Below are positions 35,791-45,059 of a stretch of DNA of 64,000 nucleotides, one piece after another. Both the position numbers and the translations under genes were made by a program. The DNA lies in the NCBI GenBank assembly GCA_030614715.1, contig JAUWTM010000003.1:13763-77762 (forward strand). The letters run 5' to 3'. The notes under the pieces were generated by a model, which was not told the DNA's origin, searched no databases, and worked only from the letters and a program-made list of their open reading frames with translations. Source of the stretch: Planctomycetota bacterium (lineage in GTDB: Bacteria > JAJVIF01 > JAPKYR01). How positions within the stretch are numbered: position 1 is the stretch's first letter; every line of letters begins with the position of its first letter.

Positions 35791-37064
35791 TGCGGCACCC
35801 CCTCGAGTACTTTCCTGGGATCGGTAAGCTTGCCTGTCAGTGCCGATGCAGCGACAGTCGCCGGGCTAGCAAGGTAAATCTCGGCTTCCTTACAGCCCAT
35901 TCGACCCTTGAAGTTACGGTTCGCGGTGCTCAGGCACCTTTCACCCGGAGCGAGAACTCCCTGGTGAGCACCAAGGCACGGGCCGCATCCCGGCGGAAGC
36001 ACGATTGCACCCGATTTGGACAATCTCGTTATGACACCCTTTTCGAGTGCGGCCTCGTAGACCTCTTTCGAAGCGGGAAGAACCAGTAGACGGGTTCCAT
36101 CGGCAATCTGTTTACCATCAAGAATGTCAGCGGCTTCCTCGAGGTCACCGAGACGTCCATTGGTGCATGTACCCAGCAGGAACTGCTGAAATTCCAGACC
36201 CTCGAGTTCGGTAACGGGTTTTACGTTGTCGACCTTGTGCGGTGCGGCAACGACCGGTTCGATTGTCGAAAGGTCGTAGGTCAGTTCACGGATGTAGGAC
36301 GCATCGGGATCAGCCCAGACAGATTCATACTCACTTTCGTTGACACCGATCGATGTCAGGTACGCGCGAGTCTGGTCATCGACCTCGAATACTGCGATCT
36401 TCGCTCCCATCTCGATACCCATGTTCGCGATGGTGAGCCGGTCCTCCATGTTGAGGGATGTAATGTTTCCGTGAAATTCTACAGCCTGGTAACTCGCGCC
36501 GCCGGCGCCGATATCACCGATGATGTGCAGGATAAGGTCCTTGGCAGTCACACCGGGTCGCAGCTCATTGGTGAAGGTCATTTTGATAGTGTCAGGTACC
36601 CTCAGCCATGTTTTCCCGCGGAGGATAAGAGCTGCGGCTTCAGTGCGATCTACACCGGTGGCGAACGCCCCGACTGCACCGTAGGAGCACGTGTGAGAAT
36701 CGCTTCCCACAAGAATGTTTCCCGGATGCGCAAGACCTTTTTCGACGAGAACCTGGTGACAAATCCCCTGTCCCACGTCAAAGAAATTCTTGAGATTGTG
36801 TTTCTTCACATAGTCACGAGTGTTGAGGTGATTTGTTGCGGTTTTCTCACTGGCCGCCGGAATTACGTGATCCAGAATGATGACAGGCATGTCCGGCCGC
36901 GCGACACCGAACTCTTCGAGCTCGGCACCGATTTTACCGATGATCGCGGCGGTGTTGTCGTGCGTCAGGAGATGGTCCGGTTCAACAATTACGATCTGAC
37001 CCGGTACAACCTCATCCTGACCTGACTTTTTAGCCAGGATCTTCTCAGCAAAGGTTTTACCCAT
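35787..37064 (-). CDS. Aconitase-family large subunit, LeuC/HacA-like
   Basis: MGKTFAEKILAKKSG.., ..VGSDSHTCSYGAVGAFATG.., ..TCTNGR.., ..CGPCLG.. (Fe-S ligand cysteines). Confidence 0.8.
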   Translation of the reverse strand: MGKTFAEKILAKKSGQDEVVPGQIVIVEPDHLLTHDNTAAIIGKIGAELEEFGVARPDMPVIILDHVIPAASEKTATNHLNTRDYVKKHNLKNFFDVGQGICHQVLVEKGLAHPGNILVGSDSHTCSYGAVGAFATGVDRTEAAALILRGKTWLRVPDTIKMTFTNELRPGVTAKDLILHIIGDIGAGGASYQAVEFHGNITSLNMEDRLTIANMGIEMGAKIAVFEVDDQTRAYLTSIGVNESEYESVWADPDASYIRELTYDLSTIEPVVAAPHKVDNVKPVTELEGLEFQQFLLGTCTNGRLGDLEEAADILDGKQIADGTRLLVLPASKEVYEAALEKGVITRLSKSGAIVLPPGCGPCLGAHQGVLAPGERCLSTANRNFKGRMGCKEAEIYLASPATVAASALTGKLTDPRKVLEGVPQ

Positions 37065-38889
37065 GTGTACTCACCCCCGATACGTCGGCGTTTAAAAGTC
37101 CGCCGCGCTTGTAAATATCTAACTGGACGCCTGCAAACGGCTGCCCCTGGACTTCAGCACCGGATGGAAGTTTGATAATGCCGGTCGACAGATCGACATC
37201 GATCTCATCTCCATCCTTGAGGTCGGTTGAAACAAGGTCGGCATTCATGATCGGGAATCCCTGGTTGATCGCGTTACGCTCGTAGATCGCACCGTACGAT
37301 TCGGCGATTATCAATGCTGTCCCAAGGGCTTTGAAACAATCGACAGCCTGCTGGCGAGATGATCCCGCCCCGAAGTTCTTCCCGGTCACCACGATATCGC
37401 CGGGCTTAGCCTTCTTCGAGTAATCCTCCCAGCCTTCAAGGTTGTCGAAGGTGTACTGGCCCATCTCGGAAAGTTCCGTAATAGCCAGGTACCTGTTATG
37501 GTAGATCATGTCAGTGTCGATGTTGTCCTGGCGGATAACCCAGACACGTCCCTTGACCTTCGTTGGTTTCGGAGCGGTGTCAGCGGCCGTAACAACAGCT
37601 GGTGCGGCTTCCCCGGTCTTCCCGATCTCGAACAATACAGGTGCATCAGGCAGCTGTTCGGGGAAAGTGATAATTCCTGCGATCGCGGAGGCTGCGACTA
37701 TCGCAGGTGACGCAAGGTAAACTTCTCCCTTGCCCTGTTTCCCGGCAAAATTACGGTTACCGGTGCTGAGAGTGACCTCACCCGGGCCGTTCTGACCGAT
37801 CTGTCCGGCAGCGCATCCGGCACATCCGGCATTGCCCACGAGAGCTCCGGCATCCTTGAAAATTTTCATCAGGCCTTCATTGAGTGCCCGCTGCCAGATC
37901 TCATCCGTTGCAGGAACGATTTTCAGCACTACACCAGGAGCGACATGCTTGCCCTTGAGAATATCAGCAGCAAGTTTAAGGTCCTCGTACCTGCCGTTGG
38001 TGCAGGAACCGATGAACGCTGATCCGATCTTTGTACCGAGAACACTCGATACATCGGTAACATCCTCGGGATGACCGGGTCGAGCTATGTACGGTTTAAG
38101 TCCCTCGATATCGATCTCAAGTGTCTTAACATACTCAGCATCTTCGTCTGCGCTGATCGGATCGAGCTGCCTGCCGGTAGCCTTCTCGCAATAGTCCATT
38201 ACTTCCTTGTTCGGCGTGAACAGGGCGATAATGCCACCCATCTCGGTGACCATCGATGCCATCGTAATGCGGCCGGCCAGTCCGAGGTTGTCCACCGCGT
38301 CACCGTAATACTCTGCGGAATACCCGAGCAGACCGTTCGCACCGGTCTCCTTCAGCACCGCGAGAGTCAAATCCTTCGGGGTAGCCTCCGGTGACGGGGT
38401 TCCCTTCAGGATGATTTTCAAGCTCGGAGGCACCTTGAACCAGGTCCGTCCGTAAGCAAAAGCATGGGCAATGTCGAGATCGCCCATTCCCTGGCCGAAT
38501 GCACCGATCGCACCGAGAATATTCGCGTGCGAGTCGGTTGATACAAAGGTCGAACCGGGCCATGCAAGCCCGTTGTCGATCGCCAGATGCGTGCCGATAC
38601 CGCTGTCGATATCGTAGACCTTAATCCCGTATTCACGAGCAAACACGCGGCAGATCTGCTGGTTGGTGGCATACTTCTGGTCCGATCCGCCAGGATTGCA
38701 GTCAAACGTGAAGAAGGTCTTAGCCGGGTCGTCGACATCGAGTCCATTTTCCCTGATGTTCTTGACTACGCTGGCTCCACCGAAGTCGCGTGCAACTCTT
38801 GCATCGATTACGATATCAACGATGTCACCGGGCGAGACATCCTTACCCGTGTGCGCGCCAAGAATTTTCTCGATCATTGTTTTGCCCAT
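37057..38889 (-). CDS. Fused aconitase-family hydro-lyase (LeuC-like + LeuD-like domains in one 610-aa chain)
   Basis: N-terminus MGKTMIEKILGAHTG.., ..STDSHANILGAIGAFGQG.., ..SCTNGR.., ..CAGCAAG... C-terminal swivel ..NIDTDMIYHNRY.., ..GKNFGAGSSRQQAV... Confidence 0.8.
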   Translation of the reverse strand: MGKTMIEKILGAHTGKDVSPGDIVDIVIDARVARDFGGASVVKNIRENGLDVDDPAKTFFTFDCNPGGSDQKYATNQQICRVFAREYGIKVYDIDSGIGTHLAIDNGLAWPGSTFVSTDSHANILGAIGAFGQGMGDLDIAHAFAYGRTWFKVPPSLKIILKGTPSPEATPKDLTLAVLKETGANGLLGYSAEYYGDAVDNLGLAGRITMASMVTEMGGIIALFTPNKEVMDYCEKATGRQLDPISADEDAEYVKTLEIDIEGLKPYIARPGHPEDVTDVSSVLGTKIGSAFIGSCTNGRYEDLKLAADILKGKHVAPGVVLKIVPATDEIWQRALNEGLMKIFKDAGALVGNAGCAGCAAGQIGQNGPGEVTLSTGNRNFAGKQGKGEVYLASPAIVAASAIAGIITFPEQLPDAPVLFEIGKTGEAAPAVVTAADTAPKPTKVKGRVWVIRQDNIDTDMIYHNRYLAITELSEMGQYTFDNLEGWEDYSKKAKPGDIVVTGKNFGAGSSRQQAVDCFKALGTALIIAESYGAIYERNAINQGFPIMNADLVSTDLKDGDEIDVDLSTGIIKLPSGAEVQGQPFAGVQLDIYKRGGLLNADVSGVSTHG

Positions 38890-38903
38890 TGTATTACCCC
38901 TTT

Positions 38904-39479
38904 TTACTGAATCAGGTCACCTTTCTTGAGCATTACGAGAGGATTGAACGTCGCGAAGTCGGCCTGGTGGATCAGCACAGTCTCGATCACCTGCGGCCTT
39001 CCGTCGCCCTCTTTCGCATGGCAGATTATCGTATTGATAACCTCATCGTTCATTCCCATCTCACCGGCGAGTATCGCCCCGGAGATCGGATGCCTCGCGC
39101 ATCTGCCAGCGTGGCTCTTGCGGTATCCACCCGACCCGTCCGGCTCGATTTCCATCAGCTTGCCGACATCGTGCAGGATGCCACCGGCGATGAGACGGTC
39201 CATGTCGATTGGGTATGGAACGTTTTTATAGTTGTCAATCTGAGCCTGGGCCAGCGCAATCGCGCCATCAGTTACCGCAAGTGTATGCTCGATAAAATTG
39301 ACACCCTTCGTGTCGGTGAGCAGCGTGAACGGGATGTTCAGGAGATCGTCGACGCTCTTCCATCCACCGCGTTCACATCCTGCGAGCCAGACATCGACGA
39401 CCTTGTCCCTCAGGGCAGCATCGCCGATCTTCTTGAGCTGCTTTTTAAACAGCCCTTCGATATCAGCCTTTGAAATCAT
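38904..39479 (-). CDS. HD-domain protein (HDIG-like), function unknown
   Basis: ..IAGGILHDVGKLMEIE.., ..ICHAKEGDG... 191 aa, embedded in the TCA-type operon. Confidence 0.7.
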   Translation of the reverse strand: MISKADIEGLFKKQLKKIGDAALRDKVVDVWLAGCERGGWKSVDDLLNIPFTLLTDTKGVNFIEHTLAVTDGAIALAQAQIDNYKNVPYPIDMDRLIAGGILHDVGKLMEIEPDGSGGYRKSHAGRCARHPISGAILAGEMGMNDEVINTIICHAKEGDGRPQVIETVLIHQADFATFNPLVMLKKGDLIQ

Positions 39480-39489
39480 TTTTTCACCT

Positions 39490-40686
39490 TTAAACCCTTA
39501 CTTTAATCTTTGCGATGATCGCATCGCCCATCTGCTCGCAGCTTGCAGCGCCTTTTTCGATCACGTCAGCGCGTCCCGTCATCTTCATCATGTCGTACGT
39601 GCGGGTCTTGCCGTCCTTGATCACTTCTTCGATCGCATCTTTAATCATCTTGGCCTTTTCAAGTTCGTCGATATGATCGAGCATCATTGCCGCACTGAGG
39701 ACCATCGCGATCGGGTTGACGATGGATGTGTCGTAATCGGCATACTTCGGTGCTGAACCGTGAGTCGGCTCGAATACCGCGCAGTCCTCGCCGATGTTGC
39801 CACTGAGCGCGAATCCAAGACCACCCGTCAGTCCCGCGAAGCCGTCCGATGCGATATCACCGAACATGTTTCCGCAGAGAATTACACCGTAGGTCTCGGG
39901 ATTCTTCGTCAGCCACATCATCTGGGCGTCGATGTTAGTCGACCAGTGATCGATGTCCGGGTATTTTTTCTTGGCCTCCCGGGCAGCGGCTTCCATCATG
40001 CCGGAGGTCTCTCGAATCACGTTCGGCTTCTCGCAGACCGTCACGGATTTGTAGCCATGCTTCTGGGCATACTCGAATGCCTTCTCGGCAATGAAGTAGC
40101 AGGCATCCCAGCTGAATATTCGGCTTGAGATCGCCAGCTCAGGTCCCGGCACGTCTTTGAAGGCGGCGAATTTCTTGTGCGATTCGAACGCCTTGCGTAC
40201 ATTTTCGGGCGGGTCGGTCCACTCAACTCCGGCGTACAGACCCTGTGTGTTCTGCCTGAAGATCACGACGTCCACCACGGGCTCCTCAAAGCCACCGTCA
40301 GATGTCCGTCGAATGAAGTTCAGTGGGTTGCCCGTGTATGTTCTGCACGGGCGAATGCAGAGCTGCAGGTTGAATTTCTGCCGCAGGCCGACAATGGGGC
40401 TGTAATAGACAAAGCCCTTGTCCTTCAGTTCCTTATTGATTTCCGCTGCTGCCTGGTCCTTGGGCTTCGATGTGATAGCCCCGAACAGAGCCAGACGGTG
40501 TTCCTTGAGAAGGTCGAGGGTTCGATCGGGAAGCGGGTTCCCTTCGCTGCACCAGAATTCCCAGCCAATGTCAGCATGGACGTAATCCGCTTCAAATCCA
40601 ACGGTTTCGAGCACTCTCAGGGCCTGCTCAAGTACGTGTGCACCAATACCGTCTCCCGGCATGGTTACAATAGTCCTTTTTGTCAT
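39490..40686 (-). CDS. icd: Isocitrate/isopropylmalate dehydrogenase family (likely isocitrate dehydrogenase)
   Basis: ..IVTMPGDGIGAHV.., ..CGNMFGDIASDGFAGLTGGLG.., ..FEPTHGSAPKYA... The context between aconitase-family and 2-oxoacid oxidoreductase genes favours isocitrate as substrate. Confidence 0.7.
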   Translation of the reverse strand: MTKRTIVTMPGDGIGAHVLEQALRVLETVGFEADYVHADIGWEFWCSEGNPLPDRTLDLLKEHRLALFGAITSKPKDQAAAEINKELKDKGFVYYSPIVGLRQKFNLQLCIRPCRTYTGNPLNFIRRTSDGGFEEPVVDVVIFRQNTQGLYAGVEWTDPPENVRKAFESHKKFAAFKDVPGPELAISSRIFSWDACYFIAEKAFEYAQKHGYKSVTVCEKPNVIRETSGMMEAAAREAKKKYPDIDHWSTNIDAQMMWLTKNPETYGVILCGNMFGDIASDGFAGLTGGLGFALSGNIGEDCAVFEPTHGSAPKYADYDTSIVNPIAMVLSAAMMLDHIDELEKAKMIKDAIEEVIKDGKTRTYDMMKMTGRADVIEKGAASCEQMGDAIIAKIKVRV

Positions 40687-40705
40687 TGTTTATTCCTCCG
40701 CGTGT

Positions 40706-42052
40706 TTAACCAGCAGTTGTTGACTCACTAGTAGCTTTAACGCCCGCCGAGACAGCCTTGATGTTGATCTCAGCAATTTTCGGGGACTGGAAAGTGCTGA
40801 TCGCCGTTTCGAATGCCTCGATGGGATATAGTTCACTGTCAGCCAGCATTAATGCGATTGCGGCAGTCGACAGTGACAGCTTACCCGCTTCCTTTGCCAG
40901 GTCCTTAAATGGAATTCGCCTTATCTGCGCCTTAGTTTCGGGTAATTCAATATCGTTATCAGCGTACAATATGCAGGTTTCGGGCAGACTCGCGATCTTC
41001 GCCCTCGTCCGCTTCAGGCCGTCCTCTGAGATTAACACGAAATATTCGGGACTTTCAATACCTGTATAGTCAATACGTTCAGGACTAAGAATTATCTCCG
41101 CGACCGAGTGTCCGGTCTGGACGGTAATCGGGTAATCGTCCTTCTGAGCGGCTTTTAGTCCAGCGAATATCCCGCCCTCGGCGAACAGCGTTGCCGCAGA
41201 CTTGATCTTCTGGCCGGCGCTTCCGGCGATTATGATCCCTGTCTGGTGGTCCACCTTGTTATCGAACTTCGGTTCGATCAGGATTCGCGGCTTCAGCACG
41301 CCTTTGCCAGCCTCGTATGCCTGACGATAGTTATCCGAGTACTCAAGTCGGGGTTTGTCGGCTACAAGCCCGGTTTTAAACCCATAGCTTTCCATCAGTT
41401 CGAAGAGTTCCTGCTTCCGAAGCTTGTTGCGCGGCATGTAGTATGCAGTGCAGAGCTCCCAGACATCCACGAACGCGTAACCCGGCTGCTCGATCGCCTG
41501 TGCGATTATGTCCGGCAGGTCCTTGTCAAACGAGGTTGTTCTGTATACCCACGCGCCTCCAGCGGCTGCCGCCGTCCCGCACAAATCCATCGGACCCTCG
41601 GGATTACCCCAGGGAGTCGTCGATGTTATTCCGCCCGATGGTGTGGTCACTGAATGCTGTCCACCGGTCATTCCGTAATTGAAATTGTTGCCGATCAGGA
41701 GTGTGATACCAATATTACGACGTGCCACGTTTAAGAAGTGCGTGCCGCCGATCCCGGCAGCGCCGTCGCCCATGAGTGCGATCACAGTAAGTTCCGGTTT
41801 GGCAAGTTTCAACCCGCAGGCGTATGTAATTGACCGGCCGTGAAGCCCGTGGAATGCGTTCGTCGTGAAATACCTGTCCGACAGGCCGATGCAGCCGATG
41901 TCGGTAACGATCACGACGTTTTTCGGATCGGGCTGAAGCTTAACCAGCGCCTTGTCCAGCGCATGGATGAGAGTGGTGTGCCCACATCCAGCGCAGAACG
42001 GCAGCGGCCCGATTTTATCCGTCATGTATGACTTGTATTCTGTTGCAGTCAC
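40706..42052 (-). CDS. korB: 2-oxoacid:ferredoxin oxidoreductase beta subunit (TPP-binding) fused to gamma-like domain
   Basis: N-terminus FCAGCGHTTLIHAL, GDGAAGIGG TPP motif. The C-terminal ~170 aa IIAGSAGQKIKSAATLFAEGG.. resembles the gamma (catalytic-domain) subunit. Confidence 0.75.
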   Translation of the reverse strand: MTATEYKSYMTDKIGPLPFCAGCGHTTLIHALDKALVKLQPDPKNVVIVTDIGCIGLSDRYFTTNAFHGLHGRSITYACGLKLAKPELTVIALMGDGAAGIGGTHFLNVARRNIGITLLIGNNFNYGMTGGQHSVTTPSGGITSTTPWGNPEGPMDLCGTAAAAGGAWVYRTTSFDKDLPDIIAQAIEQPGYAFVDVWELCTAYYMPRNKLRKQELFELMESYGFKTGLVADKPRLEYSDNYRQAYEAGKGVLKPRILIEPKFDNKVDHQTGIIIAGSAGQKIKSAATLFAEGGIFAGLKAAQKDDYPITVQTGHSVAEIILSPERIDYTGIESPEYFVLISEDGLKRTRAKIASLPETCILYADNDIELPETKAQIRRIPFKDLAKEAGKLSLSTAAIALMLADSELYPIEAFETAISTFQSPKIAEINIKAVSAGVKATSESTTAG

Positions 42053-43182
42053 AGCAGGCCTCCCTCATTGATGATTTCATCGGGAGTGACCAGGGTCGTG
42101 TTCATCTTCAGGACAGGCACGATATCGATACCGGGTGGTGCCAGCCTTTCGATCTCGATCAGGTACTGACCCATGTTCATTTCCGGCACGACGATCTTCT
42201 TAATCCCATTCATCGCAGCCTTGATTACCTTCTCAGGAACCGGCCACAGCGTCTGGAGCACAAGCGATGATATTTTCCTTCCCTGCTCCCGTGCCTTTCG
42301 TATCGCAACTTCCACCGATCTCGACGTAATCCCGTAGCTGATTACCAGCGTGTCGGCACCGTCCTGGTAGTCTGCCTTGTAAAGGGAAAGTTCATCGACA
42401 GCGGAATCGATCTTGGCCGCATAATGATCGAGCATATGCTGTATGACATCCGGCTTCGTAACAAGGTAGGCTGTCTTGTCATGAGTGGAGGTGGTGTATC
42501 TTGCGATGTACTCACCTCCGAACTCGGAGAACGCAGGCACCTCTTCGATCGAATCGAATTGGTGAGGCAGGTATTCATCGAGTCCTGACTTCACCCTCTT
42601 ACGATCTATCCGGGGTGGCAGCTCGATCGATTCAAGGTCCGCGGCTTCCTTGGTCACGCCGGTTTCCTTGCTGCCCATTATAAACACTGGAGTGCGCAGC
42701 CATTCGGAGAAGTTGAAAGCGATGTACGTAAGTTTGTACGCCTCTTCAACAGTCGCCGGGCTGAGTGCGATCACCGGCAGGCCGCCGGACGTGACCCAGC
42801 GGGTGAACTGGATGTCACCCTCCGCGCCCTTGGTCGCCGAGCCTGTCGCAGGGCCCTGCCGCTGGATGTTAACTATAACCAGCGGAGTTTCTCCCATGAT
42901 CGCAAGTCCGATGTTTTCGCTGTACAGGCTGATCCCGGGTCCGCTGGTTGCGGTCAGGACTTTCCGTCCGGCCATCGAGGCACCAAGGCAGAATCCCATC
43001 GAGGCGATTTCGTCCTCGGCCTGGATCACGAGCCCACCAGCTTCAGGCACATGCTCGTTCATGAAATGGAGAATAGAAGATGCGGGGGTAATGGGGTAAC
43101 TGGCATAGAAATCGCAACCAGCGGCGATAGCACCACGTGCGATAGCTTCGTTGCCTTCAATAAATTCGAATCCCATATCCAC
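42049..43182 (-). CDS. korA: 2-oxoacid:ferredoxin oxidoreductase alpha subunit
   Basis: ..GNEAIARGAIAAGCDFYASYPITPAS.., ..TSGPGISL... The stop overlaps the korB-like start (4 nt). Confidence 0.8.
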   Translation of the reverse strand: MDMGFEFIEGNEAIARGAIAAGCDFYASYPITPASSILHFMNEHVPEAGGLVIQAEDEIASMGFCLGASMAGRKVLTATSGPGISLYSENIGLAIMGETPLVIVNIQRQGPATGSATKGAEGDIQFTRWVTSGGLPVIALSPATVEEAYKLTYIAFNFSEWLRTPVFIMGSKETGVTKEAADLESIELPPRIDRKRVKSGLDEYLPHQFDSIEEVPAFSEFGGEYIARYTTSTHDKTAYLVTKPDVIQHMLDHYAAKIDSAVDELSLYKADYQDGADTLVISYGITSRSVEVAIRKAREQGRKISSLVLQTLWPVPEKVIKAAMNGIKKIVVPEMNMGQYLIEIERLAPPGIDIVPVLKMNTTLVTPDEIINEGGLL

Positions 43183-43383
43183 TCCTTTTGTGTTTTAGGA
43201 ATGAGTATAGTAATTGACTGATTGGTGCTTCAACCAGCAATCCGCTCTGGATCGCTGATCGTAAGACCGGTTCAGATCAATAACAGAAGAAATCCCCTTT
43301 TAATTACAGGTCCCATCCGACATGGGGGAGGACTATAATATATCTAAAGAAAAACAAAGTCAAGAAGTGCGGATATCGCACTT

Positions 43384-43405
43384 TGTGCATGTGATCACAT
43401 TCACA
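43384..43405. promoter_or_regulatory. Two overlapping CRP-type half-site pairs (TGTGC-N6-TCACA and TGTGA-N6-TCACA)
   Basis: TGTGCATGTGATCACATTCACA. The second pair (43390-43405) is a perfect TGTGA-N6-TCACA. It lies about 200-220 bp upstream of the korA-like start. Confidence 0.45.
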
Positions 43406-43716
43406 AGCCTTTATTAATAGGCCTTACAGGCTTAATTTATTTAATTTAAGTTATTTTTTGTGATTTAAAGCTCAAAAAAGTTGATTTTTTTACTAATTTT
43501 TAGCATAAAGTTCGTGCTTTTTTACACTAACCGGGACTGATGCGGGTTACAGAACATGTAAATGTATCGCTGCGATTGCAGCGTAATTGTGTTTTTTTAA
43601 TTGCTCATTTTCCACTTTCTTAACCGGTGATAAAATTCAAGATCAATATTTCTGTCAGATAGACTGTATTGCTTTATATCACCCGAAGCCGCAGTCTCAA
43701 ACGACCCACTGAATCG

Positions 43717-43740
43717 AAAAAACCGGGATTTAAGTCCCGG
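43717..43740 (-). terminator. Intrinsic terminator of the CoA-transferase gene
   Basis: Minus strand: CCGGGA-CTTAAA-TCCCGG followed by TTTTTT (A6 at 43717-43722 on the + strand). It starts about 50 nt after the stop at 43789. Confidence 0.7.
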
Positions 43741-43788
43741 CTTGTTATTAGTTAACAATTAATATGCTTACAAAAAATCATGGGGCCA

Positions 43789-44997
43789 TCATAATACTTC
43801 CTGTTCACGCAGATCCTTGATCTGATCCTCGGTGTAGCCCAGCACGTCTGTCAAAATCTCATCCGTATGCTCTCCCAGCGTCGGTGGTGGCAGCTTGACT
43901 TCAAGGGGAGTACTCGAGTACTTGATCGGAATCCCCGCGAGTTTCAATTTCCCGATCGTCGGATGCTCGACCTCCTCCACCATGTTACGGTGACGCACCT
44001 GCGGGTCGGCGAACAGGCTTTCCATCGTGTTGACAGGACCGCAGGGTATCGACGCTTCAACCATCAGGTCCATCCACTCGTCGCAGGTTTTTGTCATCAA
44101 TACTTCCTGTACCATCGGAATTAATACTTCACGGTTCTCCACACGCTTCGGGTTTGAAACGAACCTTGGATCCTCGGTCCAATCCTGCTTGTCGGTGATC
44201 CTGCAGAAGTTAATCCACAGCTTCTGGTTGGCGACTGCAATTGCTACCGGAAGTGTCTTTGTCCTGAAAACCTGGTACGGGACGATGGATTCATGCGCGG
44301 TACCCCAGTGCCTAGCCTCGACATCGCCGACAAGATACGAGCTTGCGATATTAGCCAGGCACGAAATCTGTGCGTCGAGAAGCCCGATGTCGATGAACTG
44401 GCCTTCACCGGACTTTTGACGCCACAGCAGCGACGCCATGATCGCACCCGATGCGTAAACACCGGTAACAACATCGGTGATCGCAACGCCGACCTTGACC
44501 GAATCGCGTCCCGGCTCACCCGTGATCCACATTAAACCACCGACAGCGGACAGGACCATGTCGTATCCGGGACGGTCGCGGTACGGGCCGTCCTGGCCGT
44601 AGGCCGTGATCGAACAGTAAATAATTTTGGGATTTATCTCCTTCACCGTATCGTAATCCAGCCCGAATCGTTTCATCAGACCGGGGGTAAAGTTCTCTAT
44701 GAGAACGTCGGAAGTTTTGATGAATTCCTTGATCAACTCGACCCCCCTGGAGTTCTTGAGATCGACAGTTATGGATTTCTTGTTACGGTTACAACAGATA
44801 TAGTATGCGCTTTCACCTCCGGCGAACGGTGGTCCCCACGTGCGGGTGTCATCGCCGACGCCGGGACGTTCCACCTTGATAATCTCCGCACCGAGATCCC
44901 CGAGAATCATTGTGCAGTACGGTCCCGCAAGAATCCTCGAAAGATCGAGTACGCGTATGCCGGAAAGTGGAAAGTCTTTTTCAGGTTGATCAGCCAT
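43789..44997 (-). CDS. Family III CoA-transferase (CaiB/BaiF/Frc family)
   Basis: PLSGIRVLDLSRILAGPYCTMILGDLGAEIIKVERPGVGDDTRTWGPPF is the hallmark N-terminus. 402 aa. Confidence 0.9.
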   Translation of the reverse strand: MADQPEKDFPLSGIRVLDLSRILAGPYCTMILGDLGAEIIKVERPGVGDDTRTWGPPFAGGESAYYICCNRNKKSITVDLKNSRGVELIKEFIKTSDVLIENFTPGLMKRFGLDYDTVKEINPKIIYCSITAYGQDGPYRDRPGYDMVLSAVGGLMWITGEPGRDSVKVGVAITDVVTGVYASGAIMASLLWRQKSGEGQFIDIGLLDAQISCLANIASSYLVGDVEARHWGTAHESIVPYQVFRTKTLPVAIAVANQKLWINFCRITDKQDWTEDPRFVSNPKRVENREVLIPMVQEVLMTKTCDEWMDLMVEASIPCGPVNTMESLFADPQVRHRNMVEEVEHPTIGKLKLAGIPIKYSSTPLEVKLPPPTLGEHTDEILTDVLGYTEDQIKDLREQEVL

Positions 44998-45059
44998 TAT
45001 TAGTTCTCCTTGTGTGTTCGGGAATTGCCATTGACGTTGCTATGGTGTTCCTTTTTATT

